DNA of 49,282 bases from Calditrichota bacterium (GCA_013152225.1 JAADGR010000329.1:1-49282), one strand, 5' to 3'. Numbered from the stretch's first letter, positions 34,739-45,601 are shown. The notes: generated by a model not told the origin, from the letters alone. A program made the numbers and translations.

Positions 34739-36118
34739 CTAAAACATACTCCAGCGCTTGCGTCGACACGCAGGAATATCAAAATCCTCATCGCAAAAAC
34801 CGTTTTCACTCTCCTTCATCGCCGTAAAATCGTCCGTTTTTTTTTCCTCGTCAGTATGCTTGGATTCGTTCAACTTGAAGAACTTGTCGTCCAGCACGCC
34901 ATTACTATCTCCATTGTTATGGCCATTACCATTGCCATTGCTTCTTCCACCATTTCCATCTGCGCTGAAGGAACCGACATAGGACATTTCGGTTCGCATG
35001 GAAGTGAAAGAATGAGCATTTGTTTTTTCACTCATCTGATCATTTATTTCTTCCACACGATCAATGGCCGGGATCTCTTTGCGATTAACGGATGCAAACT
35101 TTGATACTTCATAATGCGTCCTGTTTAAACCGGGAAGCCGACGATGCATTTTCTGGCTGGACAAACCGGTAGCAATAACGGTAATACGAATCTCTTCGCT
35201 CAGCATCTTGTCCACCACAGCGCCAAAAATAAGATTCGCCTTCATTCCTGCTTCCTCTGAAATAATGCCTGCTGCTTCGCTCACTTCATGGAGCGTTAAA
35301 TCCGGTCCGCCGGAAATATTGACAAGCAGTCCCAAGGCGCCGGAAATGGAGACGTCTTCGAGCAGTGGACTATTAATGGCCTGCTCCGCCGCAATCCTGG
35401 CTCTGTTTTCACCTGTTGCCGAGGCACATCCCATAAGGGCATCACCCATTTCGCTCATTACCGAGCGAACGTCGGCAAAATCAAGGTTCACCAACCCGGG
35501 AACGGTAATCAGGTCGGAAATGCCGCGTGTTGCATTGAAAAGAATTTCATCCGCATATCGAAAGCCGGCATCCAATGGCGTAGTCTTTGGGACAATGGTC
35601 AGCAGCCGCTGGTTCGGAATAACGATGAGCGTATCGACGCGCTCCTTAAAAGCGGCAATTCCCTCTTCGGCACGCTGGGTTCGCTTGGGGCCCTCGAAAA
35701 GAAATGGCTTGGTGACAATTCCAACGGTCAGCGCACCAATGTCTTTGGCAATCTCGGCAACAATCGGTGCCGCGCCCGTACCGGTACCACCGCCCATTCC
35801 GGCAGTGATGAACACCATATCCGATTCGCTCAATGCGTCGTACACTGCATTACGATCTTCTTCAATTGCCCGGCGACCCTTTTCCGGATCCGCGCCTGCA
35901 CCCAAACCCTGGGTTGTTTTCAGTCCAATCTTGATCGTCTCAGGCGCTTTGCAATTATTCAGCGCTTGTTCGTCCGTGTTGATCGCGATAAAATCAACAC
36001 CGTTCAATCCTTCGGTTATCATGCGGTTAAGCGCATTACCACCGGCACCCCCAACGCCAACGACTTTAAGCTTTGCTGTGGAGCCGTTTGTATCGTCAAA
36101 ATCAAATGTCAAGTCCAT
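34739..36118 (-). CDS. ftsZ: cell division GTPase FtsZ
   Basis: 459 aa with [15 protein letters not shown] and [13 protein letters not shown] (the tubulin signature). It has a long Asn/Gly-rich linker and a C-terminal [10 protein letters not shown] peptide. Confidence 0.95.
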   Translation of the reverse strand: MDLTFDFDDTNGSTAKLKVVGVGGAGGNALNRMITEGLNGVDFIAINTDEQALNNCKAPETIKIGLKTTQGLGAGADPEKGRRAIEEDRNAVYDALSESDMVFITAGMGGGTGTGAAPIVAEIAKDIGALTVGIVTKPFLFEGPKRTQRAEEGIAAFKERVDTLIVIPNQRLLTIVPKTTPLDAGFRYADEILFNATRGISDLITVPGLVNLDFADVRSVMSEMGDALMGCASATGENRARIAAEQAINSPLLEDVSISGALGLLVNISGGPDLTLHEVSEAAGIISEEAGMKANLIFGAVVDKMLSEEIRITVIATGLSSQKMHRRLPGLNRTHYEVSKFASVNRKEIPAIDRVEEINDQMSEKTNAHSFTSMRTEMSYVGSFSADGNGGRSNGNGNGHNNGDSNGVLDDKFFKLNESKHTDEEKKTDDFTAMKESENGFCDEDFDIPACRRKRWSMF

Positions 36119-36197
36119 AACCCACTCCTTTTTTTAATGAAAAACTTTTCAAGTAACTATCCCTTACCTGAAAGCATTTTTATCTTTTAGAATTCAA

Positions 36198-37445
36198 TTA
36201 GGCAATAGTCGTTACACTTCCAAACCATCGTCGAAATTTCTTTTTAATGGCATCAAAAAGACCCGCTTCATCCTGCCTGAAATCTCCGTCAACCTCACTT
36301 TTGTGTTTGAGGCCGTACAGCAAAAGGCCAACACCTGTTGCGCATTGCGGTTTTTGTGCTTCTTCCAGCATTCCTGCAAAACCGGTCGGAATGCCCAATT
36401 TCACAGGCATGTTAAAAATATCCTCAGCCAATTCCACAGTACCGCGCAACAACGATGCTCCGCCGGTCATAACCAGTCCGGTGGTCATAAGATTAATGTA
36501 ATCCGACTTTTTCACCTCTTCGTACGCCATAGTAAGGATTTCGGCCATACGCGGCTGGATGATGTCCACAAGCAGCCCTTTGGAAATTCTCCGTGCAGAA
36601 CGTCCGTTTACGCCGGGTACCTGGACCGTATTTTCTTTATCATCTTCCGAATGCAGAGCACTGCCATGCTCGATCTTGAGCGTTTCGGCGGAATCCAACG
36701 GCGTGCGCAACACAATTCCCAAATCATTGGTTACATTTTTTCCGCCAAGAGCCACAACTGAAGTATGGCGAATGCAGCCCTCATAAAACATGGCAATGTC
36801 GCTTGTGCCGCCGCCAATATCCATGAGAATAACGCCCAGTTCTTTCTCGTCGTCGGTAAGCACAGAAAAGCTTGACGCGAGCGGTTCAAGAACAAGGTCC
36901 GCCACGCCATAGCCGGCTTTTTCAATGCATCGATGGATGTTTTGCGCCGAAGCAATAGCGCCGGTTACAATGTGAACTTCAGCCTCAAGTCGAACACCCT
37001 TCATGCCGACAGGGTCGCGAATACCACGCTGATCATCCACGATAAATTCCTGGGGAAGAATGTGAATGATCTCCCGGTCAATGGGCAGGGCCACAGCTTT
37101 TGCTGCATCGATGACCCGGCGCACATCGTCGGAGCTCACTTCTTCATTTTCGCCGGAAATGGCAACTACGCCGCGCCCGTTTATGCTGCGAATATGATCA
37201 CCGGCAATGCCCGCAAAAACAGCATCCACCTCGATATTCGCCATCTCTTCAGCCTTTTCCACCGCAGATTTGATGGAACGCACTGTTTTATCCACATCGA
37301 CGACCACACCGTAGCGAAGGCCGTCAGACGGTGCAGTAGCCACACCGATTATTTTTAATTCACCAGCATCGTTAACTTCAGCAATGAAGCATCCGATTTT
37401 TGTTGTTCCAATGTCGAGACCTGTAATGATTTCGCCTGTTTCCAT
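36198..37445 (-). CDS. ftsA: cell division protein FtsA
   Basis: 415 aa with the actin-fold motifs GLDIGTTKIG and MDIGGGTSDIAMF. It lies directly upstream of ftsZ. Confidence 0.93.
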   Translation of the reverse strand: METGEIITGLDIGTTKIGCFIAEVNDAGELKIIGVATAPSDGLRYGVVVDVDKTVRSIKSAVEKAEEMANIEVDAVFAGIAGDHIRSINGRGVVAISGENEEVSSDDVRRVIDAAKAVALPIDREIIHILPQEFIVDDQRGIRDPVGMKGVRLEAEVHIVTGAIASAQNIHRCIEKAGYGVADLVLEPLASSFSVLTDDEKELGVILMDIGGGTSDIAMFYEGCIRHTSVVALGGKNVTNDLGIVLRTPLDSAETLKIEHGSALHSEDDKENTVQVPGVNGRSARRISKGLLVDIIQPRMAEILTMAYEEVKKSDYINLMTTGLVMTGGASLLRGTVELAEDIFNMPVKLGIPTGFAGMLEEAQKPQCATGVGLLLYGLKHKSEVDGDFRQDEAGLFDAIKKKFRRWFGSVTTIA

Positions 37446-37498
37446 AACACAACCCCATCAAAAAATTATCGAGTAATGTATTTGCCAGTTAATTATCG

Positions 37499-38266
37499 TC
37501 ATACCCTTTTTTTCAAAATAATTTTTCCCTCAACCCGCAGATCGACACATTTTGTCTGATTAACCAGGTTACTCGCCCCCCATTTTTTATAAAAAGCATC
37601 AAGATACGCTAATTTTCTCTTAATTGAACCGTTTCCAAAGATGACCGGGACTCCCCTGGCCCAATCCATATAAAGGAGCGGCCCCAAATCTTTATTGATA
37701 TTTACTTCAGAAAGCTGAGCACGAATAATCGGATTCAACTTTGAAACACTCTTGATAATATCCAGACCTTCGGCGAACGCTTCGCCAGTCACTTTGAAAT
37801 TATCGGGATTAACCAAAAATTCATCGGCCGTGATAAGCGGCATATCCTTGTGAGCCACCGAGTCTGCCAATCCCAATATTTTTCCACTGGAATTGATAAC
37901 ATACAGTTTATGAAATGAAAGATAAGCAAACGGGCGTCCTGAACCACTCAAGTGAGCCAATGCCTGCTGCATGACAGGATTTGAAAGCGGCACAGGTTCG
38001 ACGACCTCTCTTGCAAAAGCCTGGCGAATGCTTTGAACGAGATGATTATTGCCCACTTTATAGTGCAGAGAAAAGGGAACAAGCGACTTCGTTCCCGGAG
38101 AATGCAGTTCAAGTATTTGCAAAGTGATGAGCAATGCTGTAGTCAGGGCAAGTCCAAAAAAGAGAAAATGCCTTCCCAGTTTTAAGAGATCCAAAAAGAT
38201 CACCTGCCTTTCAATTTTGAAATTTTGCAATCTCCAGAACAGATTGTACGATTTCAGTCGTTGCAT
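37499..38266 (-). CDS. ftsQ: cell division protein FtsQ-like (TM + POTRA); start probably downstream of 38266
   Basis: It has a single TM helix (FLFFGLALTTALLITL) and sits between murG and ftsA. The first ~20 codons overlap murG. A TTG at 38194 is preceded by AGGTGA. Confidence 0.6.
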   Translation of the reverse strand: MQRLKSYNLFWRLQNFKIERQVIFLDLLKLGRHFLFFGLALTTALLITLQILELHSPGTKSLVPFSLHYKVGNNHLVQSIRQAFAREVVEPVPLSNPVMQQALAHLSGSGRPFAYLSFHKLYVINSSGKILGLADSVAHKDMPLITADEFLVNPDNFKVTGEAFAEGLDIIKSVSKLNPIIRAQLSEVNINKDLGPLLYMDWARGVPVIFGNGSIKRKLAYLDAFYKKWGASNLVNQTKCVDLRVEGKIILKKRV

Positions 38267-39341
38267 TCGGAAAAGCTGCGTTTTCGGCAGCTTGTTGCAT
38301 TTGTTTCAAAGTATTGCTGTCATCCAATAACCGAGATATTTCTTTTGCCAGAACATATCCCTCCAGATCTTTTTCCACAATCACCACAGCCGCTCCACTC
38401 TTTTCAAGGGATCTGGCGTTGGCTACCTGATGGCCGGCAGCGGCGTAAGGATAAGGAATCAAAATCGAGGGCAATCTGCACATTGTGATCTCGGCCAGAG
38501 TCATTGCTCCGGCACGTGAGATGACGAGATCGCTTGCAGCATAAGCCACTTCCATTTCATCGATATAATTCGAGACCCAAATCCTGTACGAATATTTTTT
38601 TATTCTCTCCTTTACTTCCTGAAAACCGGTTTTCCCGGTGCTCCAAATAATCTGCACATCCGTTTCGTGCATCAGCATTTCCAACGAATCCAGCACCGCG
38701 TGGTTAATGGCCACGGCTCCCTGGCTGCCGCCAAATACCAGGAGAGTCGGTTTTTCCGTTTCCAGATTGAAATGTTGTCGGGCTTCTTTTTTCGACAACC
38801 TGATACTCAAGTCCCTTACCGGATTTCCACTGATAATTAAATTCGACTGCTTTTTAAAGTATTTCAGGGACTCTTTAAAACTCAGATGCACCTTTTTTAC
38901 TCTCTTTGCCAGCAGTCTTGTCGTGACGCCGGGGTAACTGTTCTGCTCCTGTACAAGTGTCGGATAACCAAGCAGCGACGCCATGAAAAGTACCGGACCG
39001 CTGACATAGCCGCCGGTTCCAACCACAGCCGCAGGTCTGATTTTAAACAAAATCCTGCCACATTGTAAAAGACTCCAAAGAACACAAAAAGGTACGACAA
39101 TATTTGCCGGCGTCAGTTTTCTCGTCACTCCGCGAACGGAAATCAAATGCAGGGGATATCCATATTCAGGAACGACTCTATTTTCAATTCCTTTTTTCGT
39201 GCCGACAAAATGAATTTCACATTCCTTAACCGTTTTCTCCAACTTTTGTGCAATCGCGAGCGCCGGATACAAATGTCCTCCTGTGCCTCCGCCGGCAAAC
39301 AAAAAAACAACGGGATTTCCGCTTTTAGCACGTTCGCTCAC
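38211..39341 (-). CDS. murG: undecaprenyldiphospho-muramoylpentapeptide beta-N-acetylglucosaminyltransferase
   Basis: 376 aa with AGGGTGGHLYPALAIA, FGGSQGA and SRAGAMTLAE. Confidence 0.92.
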   Translation of the reverse strand: MSERAKSGNPVVFLFAGGGTGGHLYPALAIAQKLEKTVKECEIHFVGTKKGIENRVVPEYGYPLHLISVRGVTRKLTPANIVVPFCVLWSLLQCGRILFKIRPAAVVGTGGYVSGPVLFMASLLGYPTLVQEQNSYPGVTTRLLAKRVKKVHLSFKESLKYFKKQSNLIISGNPVRDLSIRLSKKEARQHFNLETEKPTLLVFGGSQGAVAINHAVLDSLEMLMHETDVQIIWSTGKTGFQEVKERIKKYSYRIWVSNYIDEMEVAYAASDLVISRAGAMTLAEITMCRLPSILIPYPYAAAGHQVANARSLEKSGAAVVIVEKDLEGYVLAKEISRLLDDSNTLKQMQQAAENAAFPNATTEIVQSVLEIAKFQN

Positions 39342-39346
39342 GTCGT

Positions 39347-40591
39347 TCAGCTCCTGCTTGCCGTTGCATACTTGCCCTTATATTTCTTTGCGATCCTTCT
39401 GCTGCTTTTTCGTTTTTTGAAGGTTGATCGATTCAGATGCTCCTCATACGTATTCCGATTCAGATAATTTGCATACGAAGGATCGCATTGCGAAGATATG
39501 TTAATGAGCAAGCCGACTGCTGCAAGATGAGAAACGAGCGCCGAGCCGCCGTAACTGATGAACGGCATTGGAATACCGGTAGTCGGGACAATGCCAAGAG
39601 CAACCGAGGCATTGAGCATGGCATAGGTTGCAATGCACGCTGTAATCCCTCCAGCCAGCAGACGACCGTAACCATCAGGAGCATATTGAGCTATTTTCAG
39701 CCCGCGATAAATAATCAATCCAAAAAGTACAAGAACAATAAGAGTACCGATAAAGCCGGCTTCCTCTCCAATAACCGAATAAATAAAATCTTTATGCGCT
39801 TCAGGCAAAAATGCATACTTTTGACGGCTGTTGCCAATTCCCTGCCCCCAAAGTCCCCCCAGTGCCATCCCGATTAGCGATTGCTGTAATTGCCAGGCAA
39901 GCGGTGCCCGATGCAGCAATTGATCAATAAATCTGTGCACACGCTCCAATTGATAGGGAGTTCGCATCATGTAAAGCATTGCAAGAGTTGTGAACGAAAG
40001 CATGGCGGACAACAGGTACGAGAATTTTACATCAGCAAAATAAAACATGAGAAATGCAATGAGCCCGACAATAACAGCGGTACTCAGATCCTTTTCCATG
40101 GCAATAAAAAAAACAACAAGACCAACCAAAGACATATAAGCAACAAACCCGCTCCAAAATTCTTTCAGTTTTTCGCGCTTTTCATGGAGAACACGGGCCA
40201 TCAACAGGATCAATGCATATCGCGCAAAATCCGAAGGTTGAAATTGCAGAGGCCCAAATTGCAGCCACCTCCTGGCTTCATTCGCTTTAATGACAAAAGG
40301 CATTCCCGAAAAAAGCAGCAAAAGCATAAAAACCCCAAAAACATAGATAAGCGGAGAAATGCCAAGCCACTTGCGATAATCAACGCTGGCAATGATAACC
40401 ATCAAGACAACACCAATAAATACCCGCACAAGCTGATTCTTGAAAAAGTATGCAGCATCACCCGTCGTCTGTTCCGCTTTGAAAGAACTGGCAGAATAAA
40501 CCGTCGCGGCTCCCAAAATAACCAGAAACAAAACACCAACGAGCAGCAAATAGTCGATTCGGCCTAAATCTATTTTCTTTTTATTTTTCAT
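39347..40591 (-). CDS. ftsW: SEDS-family peptidoglycan polymerase FtsW
   Basis: 414 aa and polytopic, with FQPSDFAR, PEAHKDFIYSVIGEE and PFISYGGSA. It lies in dcw context. Confidence 0.9.
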   Translation of the reverse strand: MKNKKKIDLGRIDYLLLVGVLFLVILGAATVYSASSFKAEQTTGDAAYFFKNQLVRVFIGVVLMVIIASVDYRKWLGISPLIYVFGVFMLLLLFSGMPFVIKANEARRWLQFGPLQFQPSDFARYALILLMARVLHEKREKLKEFWSGFVAYMSLVGLVVFFIAMEKDLSTAVIVGLIAFLMFYFADVKFSYLLSAMLSFTTLAMLYMMRTPYQLERVHRFIDQLLHRAPLAWQLQQSLIGMALGGLWGQGIGNSRQKYAFLPEAHKDFIYSVIGEEAGFIGTLIVLVLFGLIIYRGLKIAQYAPDGYGRLLAGGITACIATYAMLNASVALGIVPTTGIPMPFISYGGSALVSHLAAVGLLINISSQCDPSYANYLNRNTYEEHLNRSTFKKRKSSRRIAKKYKGKYATASRS

Positions 40592-40600
40592 AGTCGTAAA

Positions 40601-41686
40601 TTACCGAACTTTAAAAGTCGCGAGGGTTAAGAGTGCCAAAAGTATCCCGATGATCCAGAATCTTATGACAACTTTGCTTTCGTCCCAGCCAAGCAATTCG
40701 AAATGATGGTGTATCGGCGCCATTTTAAAGACTCTTTTTCCCGTGCGTTTGAAATAAAAAACCTGAATAATGACGGAAAGGCTTTCCGCGACGAATATTC
40801 CGCAAATAATTAAAAGCAAAAGTTCTTTTTTTATCAAAATTGCAACAGTTGCAATAGCGCCACCCAAAGCCAACGATCCCGTGTCGCCCATAAACACTTC
40901 TGCCGGATGCGCATTATACCACAAAAATCCAAGCGCCCCGCCAAACAGGGCTGCGCAGTAAATGCTCAGTTCACCTGCTCCCGGCAAATAGATTATGTTT
41001 AAATAATGAGCAAAATCGACACGTCCGGTTAAATACGCAATAGCTCCAAAAGCAAGGGCGGCAATGGCAACCAAACCGATGAGAAGCCCATCCAGGCCGT
41101 CGGTCAGATTACTGCTGTTAGAAGTCGCCGTTAGAACGAACGCCACAACTGCAATATAGAAAACTCCGAAATGGAGTTCATAATTTTTGAAAAACGGCAG
41201 TGTTGTTGAAGATCGTGCCGATTCGACTGCCGGGAAAAAATAAATAATGCAACCCACTAAAAGTCCGAGTGTAATCTGACCAGCCAGTTTATAACGGCCA
41301 ATCAAGCCTTTTGGCTTTTTTTTGACAATTTTCAAATAATCATCCAGCCATCCCAGGGCTCCCAGGGCAATGGTTACCAACAGAATCAACCAGACAAAAG
41401 TATCGCCGATTTTCGCCAGAAAAAAAGTCGGGACGACCACACTGATAATGATGATGAGACCACCCATGCTGGGGGTGCCGCGCTTGAGCTGATGACTCTG
41501 CGGGCCATCCGTTCGTATCTCCTCACCGAGTTGCAGCTTTTTCAGCCAGCGAATAATCAGCGGACCGATGAACAAGCTGATTAAAAGAGCAAGAACGGCG
41601 CTGCTCGCCGCACGAAAACTAATATACCTGAACAGATTAAAGGCGATATAATTTTCTTTTAGTGGTGTAAAGAGATAATAGAGCAT
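40601..41686 (-). CDS. mraY: phospho-N-acetylmuramoyl-pentapeptide transferase
   Basis: 361 aa with TPSMGGL, NLTDGLDGL, MGDTGSLALGG and APIHHHFE. Confidence 0.95.
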   Translation of the reverse strand: MLYYLFTPLKENYIAFNLFRYISFRAASSAVLALLISLFIGPLIIRWLKKLQLGEEIRTDGPQSHQLKRGTPSMGGLIIIISVVVPTFFLAKIGDTFVWLILLVTIALGALGWLDDYLKIVKKKPKGLIGRYKLAGQITLGLLVGCIIYFFPAVESARSSTTLPFFKNYELHFGVFYIAVVAFVLTATSNSSNLTDGLDGLLIGLVAIAALAFGAIAYLTGRVDFAHYLNIIYLPGAGELSIYCAALFGGALGFLWYNAHPAEVFMGDTGSLALGGAIATVAILIKKELLLLIICGIFVAESLSVIIQVFYFKRTGKRVFKMAPIHHHFELLGWDESKVVIRFWIIGILLALLTLATFKVR

Positions 41687-41694
41687 ATTTTATC

Positions 41695-43092
41695 CTAAAG
41701 AGAATCCTGCAAACCGTCGATCACGCGTTCCATTCTCATCGAACGTGAACCCTTGACAAGGAGAAAATCATGCGGTTTTACATACTTGCTTAAATCATGG
41801 ATCAGCAAATCCATTTCATGGTAATGAGCAACCTTTTGGAATTCCAACTCCTTTGCTCGCTTTGCCGTAAATTTCGTTTCATCGCCGAAAAGGAAAATCG
41901 CCTTGAAATCAGCTTTCTTCATCTCATCCGCTAATCTTACATGTTCTTCCTGAGAATAGGCTCCCAATTCCAGCATGTCGCCAAAAACGGCAATTCTTCT
42001 GCCACCATTTTCAACTTGGATATCTGCTGCTGTTTCCAGAGCAGCGCGGCAACTGCCGGGGTTTCCATTATAACTATCATTCAAAATAAAAACATCACCA
42101 AGGCGCTGCACCTGCATTCTCTTATCAACCGACTGCACGGACTCGATACCGTTTTTGATCTCTTCCGTTGTCAGGGAAAAATGCCGACCAATGGCCGCTG
42201 CTGCCAGCGCATTCGACACATTATGGCGGCCGGGTATTGCCAGCTTTATTTTTATATTATCCAGCACAAATTCATAGCGCCCTAAACCATCGCATTTCAG
42301 CGCAGTTGCACGAATGTCAGCCAGGCTGTTCACTCCAAAGGATACACTTTTTTTTCCTGAAAATGTCTGCCCGGCAAGTATCTTATCATCGCCATTATAA
42401 AAAACCACGCCATCACCGGTAAGATGATTCAAGACCTCCATTTTGGCTCTTGTCACGCCTTCAAGACTTGCAAAAAACTCGAGGTGCGCATAGCCAATAT
42501 TTGTGATGACGCAAACCGACGGTTGCACGAGATAGCTCAGCCTGTCCAACTCGCCAAAATGATTTGTACCGACTTCGGCAACCAGGATTCGATGTTCAGG
42601 CCGTAATTGAAACAAAGTTGCCGGCACGCCGATATGATTATTAAACGATTTTACATTTTTCAAAACATGAACTTTTTGTGAAAGAACAGAGGCAACGAAT
42701 TCCTTGGTTGTTGTTTTGCCGGAGCTTCCGGTAATGGCGATGACCGGAATATTGAATTTTAGCCGATAATACCGTGCCAAAAGTTGGTACGTTTCCAGCG
42801 TGTCATCCACAGAAATGAGCGGCTTTCCATGAAGCGCACTCTTTTTTGCCTCGAACCATTCCCGACTTGTAACAGCCGCAACTGCGCCTCTTTCAATCGC
42901 CTGCAGAACAAAATCGTGACCATCAAACCGATCACCCTTAATAGCCCAAAAAAGTTCACCCGGGCCAATTTTGCGCGAATCCGTTGAAATCCCGGCAAGA
43001 GGCTTCGAAGATACACCGGCCGACCCATTCCATTTCGCGTTCAAGGACTGCAATCCAAGCAATTCGGAAATTGTCAATAGCATTTCAGTCAA
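41695..43092 (-). CDS. murF: UDP-N-acetylmuramoyl-tripeptide--D-alanyl-D-alanine ligase
   Basis: 465 aa with STDSRKIGPGELFWAIKGDRFDGHDF, ITGSSGKTTTKE and NDSYNGNPGS. That last motif is the MurF-type YNANP, not the MurE DNPR. Confidence 0.88.
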   Translation of the reverse strand: MTEMLLTISELLGLQSLNAKWNGSAGVSSKPLAGISTDSRKIGPGELFWAIKGDRFDGHDFVLQAIERGAVAAVTSREWFEAKKSALHGKPLISVDDTLETYQLLARYYRLKFNIPVIAITGSSGKTTTKEFVASVLSQKVHVLKNVKSFNNHIGVPATLFQLRPEHRILVAEVGTNHFGELDRLSYLVQPSVCVITNIGYAHLEFFASLEGVTRAKMEVLNHLTGDGVVFYNGDDKILAGQTFSGKKSVSFGVNSLADIRATALKCDGLGRYEFVLDNIKIKLAIPGRHNVSNALAAAAIGRHFSLTTEEIKNGIESVQSVDKRMQVQRLGDVFILNDSYNGNPGSCRAALETAADIQVENGGRRIAVFGDMLELGAYSQEEHVRLADEMKKADFKAIFLFGDETKFTAKRAKELEFQKVAHYHEMDLLIHDLSKYVKPHDFLLVKGSRSMRMERVIDGLQDSL

Positions 43093-43106
43093 ATCAAAAC
43101 CACATT

Positions 43107-45227
43107 TTACAGAGCGACCAATTTACGCAAATCCACAGAAGTCTCTCCCTGAAGCAGGACTTGCTCTCCCGGCTTTAATATTCCTCCCGGCAAAGGTTTC
43201 TGTTTTCGCACTTTACCGCTTCCATCAGCTACAGCTTTTACGCCACTTGCCGCGAGAACATTTATTGCATTGCGCATCGGCAAACCAAGGACATTGGGAA
43301 TTCTGACTTCCTTTGCAGCCTTCCCGGAGGAACTCGCGGTAACGAGTTGCACTTTTTCATTACGCTTGACAAAACTGCCCCTCATCGGCTTTTGCGAAAC
43401 GACAACAACACCATTCCCTATTGAACCGATGGTGAGTCCCTGGTTTTGCGCAAGCCGCAGCGCATCACGCCGGGAAAGCCCTAAAAAGTCAGGCATCGGC
43501 TTGACAAGCGAATCTCTCGCAGCCCAATTCGGCTTATCGTTTGCATCATCGAACTGATATCCTTCAATGGAAATAATCTGCTCGGCAATACGCTTGAAAC
43601 AAGGAGCGGCGACAGAACCGCCGTAGTAATTCACTTTAGGATTATTGATCATAACATACATGCAAATTTTCGGATCATCTTTCGGAAAAAAACCTGCAAA
43701 ACTTGCAATGTATTCATTTCCATAACCGCGCCGTTTGCGTCGTGCAACTTTAGCCGTACCGGTTTTGCCACAAACTTGTGCTCCCGAAATCTCGGCATTT
43801 TTACCTGTGCCTTCCACGACGACCTTTCGCAAAAAATTTACTAGTGTGTCTGCTGTCGATTCACGGATCACCCGACGAATAATTTGAGTGCCGGGTTTAC
43901 TGACGATCCTATCATCTTTGCGAATTTCTTTAATAATATTCGGCTGGAGCAAAAATCCGCCATTCGCAATCGTACTATAAAGATTGCACATCTGCAATGG
44001 CGATGCAGCTATTTCATGACCATACGCCATGGCCAGCGGTGTAAAACCCGACCATTCCCTCGTCTGCTTTAAAGTCCCTTCCGTTTCACCATCAAGCTGA
44101 ACACCGGTCTTTGTGCCGAATCCATAGGCTCGCGCATATTCATAAAAAAGATTTTTATCCACTTCCATTGAAAGTTTTGCCATACCGATATTTGAAGACT
44201 TTACTATAACGTCGCGCATGGTAAGCCAACCATGGGGCTTCGAATCGTGAATCGTCTCTCCCATTACATCAAACTTGCCATTTTCACAAAAAATGATATC
44301 GTCGGGCCTGTGCAGCTTTTCATTTAAAATAGCAGACATGAGCACTACTTTAAAGGTCGAGCCCGGCTCATATTGATCGGTAATGGCGCGTAACCGCCAG
44401 GATGCAGCAGGAAACTCGCCGGCCCGGTTCGGATCAAAAGAAGGTTCCGATGCCATGGAAAGCACTTCGCCCGTTTTCGGATTCATAATAACAACAACGC
44501 CGCTGTCGGCATTAAATTCTACAATCGTTTTGTGCAATTCCTTTTCCGCAATAGTTTGATAACGATAATCAAGAGTCAGAACAATATCCTCTCCATTTTC
44601 CGGAGGAATAAGCGGATATTCGGCACGTACAAATTTTTCATCTGTTGCCGTTTTCTGAAGAACGGCCTTTCCCGGGATACCACGCAGGATCGAGTTAAAA
44701 GCGGACTCTATGCCGCTCAAGCCTTTATTATCAACATTAGTAAAACCCAAAACCTGACATGCAGCATAGCCTTTCGGATATTTGCGAGCCATCAAGGTCC
44801 GGCATTCAATCCCCTCAATCCCCAGTTTCTCAATCTTGTTCTTTACGTCGATTGGTTGACGTCGGGCAATATAAACAAAATCAGACTTTTTCTTTAAAAG
44901 TGACAAAAAGTAGCGGCTGCTTTTACCAAGAATTTTTGCCAGCTTGCCGGCAACATAAGATGGATTCTGGATTTCTCCCGGATGGGCAATAACAGAAATT
45001 GTCGGAACGTTCATCGCAAGAAGCTTGTCATTGCGATCAAAAACCGAACCCCTTTCGGCCAGCAGCAACCGTTCAAAAATGTATTGTTTGTACGCTTTCA
45101 ATTTTAAGTTCTCCGGATCAATCAACTGCACCGCAACCAACCGCACCACTAAAAGCATTAGAAAAAAATATACCGCTGCCCCAAAAAATAAAAGTCGCTT
45201 TGAAAAATTTGTAGCGTTTTTACTCAT
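43107..45227 (-). CDS. ftsI: class B penicillin-binding protein (FtsI/PBP2x-like) with two C-terminal PASTA domains
   Basis: 706 aa with an N-terminal TM helix and the motifs GSTFK (SxxK), SSN and KTGTA. Two ~65-aa units at the C-terminus are PASTA-like (MPDFLGLSRRDALRLAQNQGL... and IPNVLGLPMRNAINVLAASGV...). Confidence 0.9.
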   Translation of the reverse strand: MSKNATNFSKRLLFFGAAVYFFLMLLVVRLVAVQLIDPENLKLKAYKQYIFERLLLAERGSVFDRNDKLLAMNVPTISVIAHPGEIQNPSYVAGKLAKILGKSSRYFLSLLKKKSDFVYIARRQPIDVKNKIEKLGIEGIECRTLMARKYPKGYAACQVLGFTNVDNKGLSGIESAFNSILRGIPGKAVLQKTATDEKFVRAEYPLIPPENGEDIVLTLDYRYQTIAEKELHKTIVEFNADSGVVVIMNPKTGEVLSMASEPSFDPNRAGEFPAASWRLRAITDQYEPGSTFKVVLMSAILNEKLHRPDDIIFCENGKFDVMGETIHDSKPHGWLTMRDVIVKSSNIGMAKLSMEVDKNLFYEYARAYGFGTKTGVQLDGETEGTLKQTREWSGFTPLAMAYGHEIAASPLQMCNLYSTIANGGFLLQPNIIKEIRKDDRIVSKPGTQIIRRVIRESTADTLVNFLRKVVVEGTGKNAEISGAQVCGKTGTAKVARRKRRGYGNEYIASFAGFFPKDDPKICMYVMINNPKVNYYGGSVAAPCFKRIAEQIISIEGYQFDDANDKPNWAARDSLVKPMPDFLGLSRRDALRLAQNQGLTIGSIGNGVVVVSQKPMRGSFVKRNEKVQLVTASSSGKAAKEVRIPNVLGLPMRNAINVLAASGVKAVADGSGKVRKQKPLPGGILKPGEQVLLQGETSVDLRKLVAL

Positions 45228-45242
45228 AACAATGGCGCCACC

Positions 45243-45566
45243 TTAATCCAAACCCTGTTCAGTTCCTAGTTCCAACTTGAACTTTGGAACCTGACTAAAT
45301 CCCAACTCTCGTTTCGCCCGACTGGTAATCAAATCGATGCGATTCAGCTTTTCAACCTGAAAAATCATTAATGCATTCTGACTATGAATATCTTTCAGAC
45401 GCTTCCGATATTTTTCATTTTGTCGATTCAACTGATCCACACTCACATTTTGCCAGACTTTAACGACGCAAAACAAGCCGAATAACGCCAAAGCCAATGC
45501 GGCGGTTTTGGCTAAACGTGCATTCCTTTTTTTCTTTTTATAGTAATGCCGAGATTTTAATCTCAT
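45243..45566 (-). CDS. ftsL: FtsL-like cell division protein
   Basis: 107 aa with a basic N-terminus, one TM helix (AALALALFGLFCVV) and a coiled-coil-like tail. It sits between rsmH and ftsI. Confidence 0.6.
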   Translation of the reverse strand: MRLKSRHYYKKKKRNARLAKTAALALALFGLFCVVKVWQNVSVDQLNRQNEKYRKRLKDIHSQNALMIFQVEKLNRIDLITSRAKRELGFSQVPKFKLELGTEQGLD

Positions 45567-45601
45567 TTTTCCAACCGCTTTCGGAGTGTGAAGCGCCCGA
45601 T

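Noticed and set aside
34527-34769. 80-aa minus-strand ORF overlapping the ftsZ 3-prime end, considered as a real gene
   Set aside because: It has a GTG start with no SD and a 31-nt overlap with ftsZ, and its sequence has no features. It is kept only as one possibility within the unassigned 3-prime-region finding.
35208-36137. 309-aa ORF antisense to ftsZ
   Set aside because: The translation is Ser/Pro/Ala-rich and low-complexity, mirroring the Gly/Ala-rich codons of ftsZ. The sense strand is unambiguously FtsZ.
39890-40567. 225-aa ORF antisense to ftsW
   Set aside because: The translation is highly basic and low-complexity, and it is fully nested in the SEDS gene, so it is a shadow ORF.
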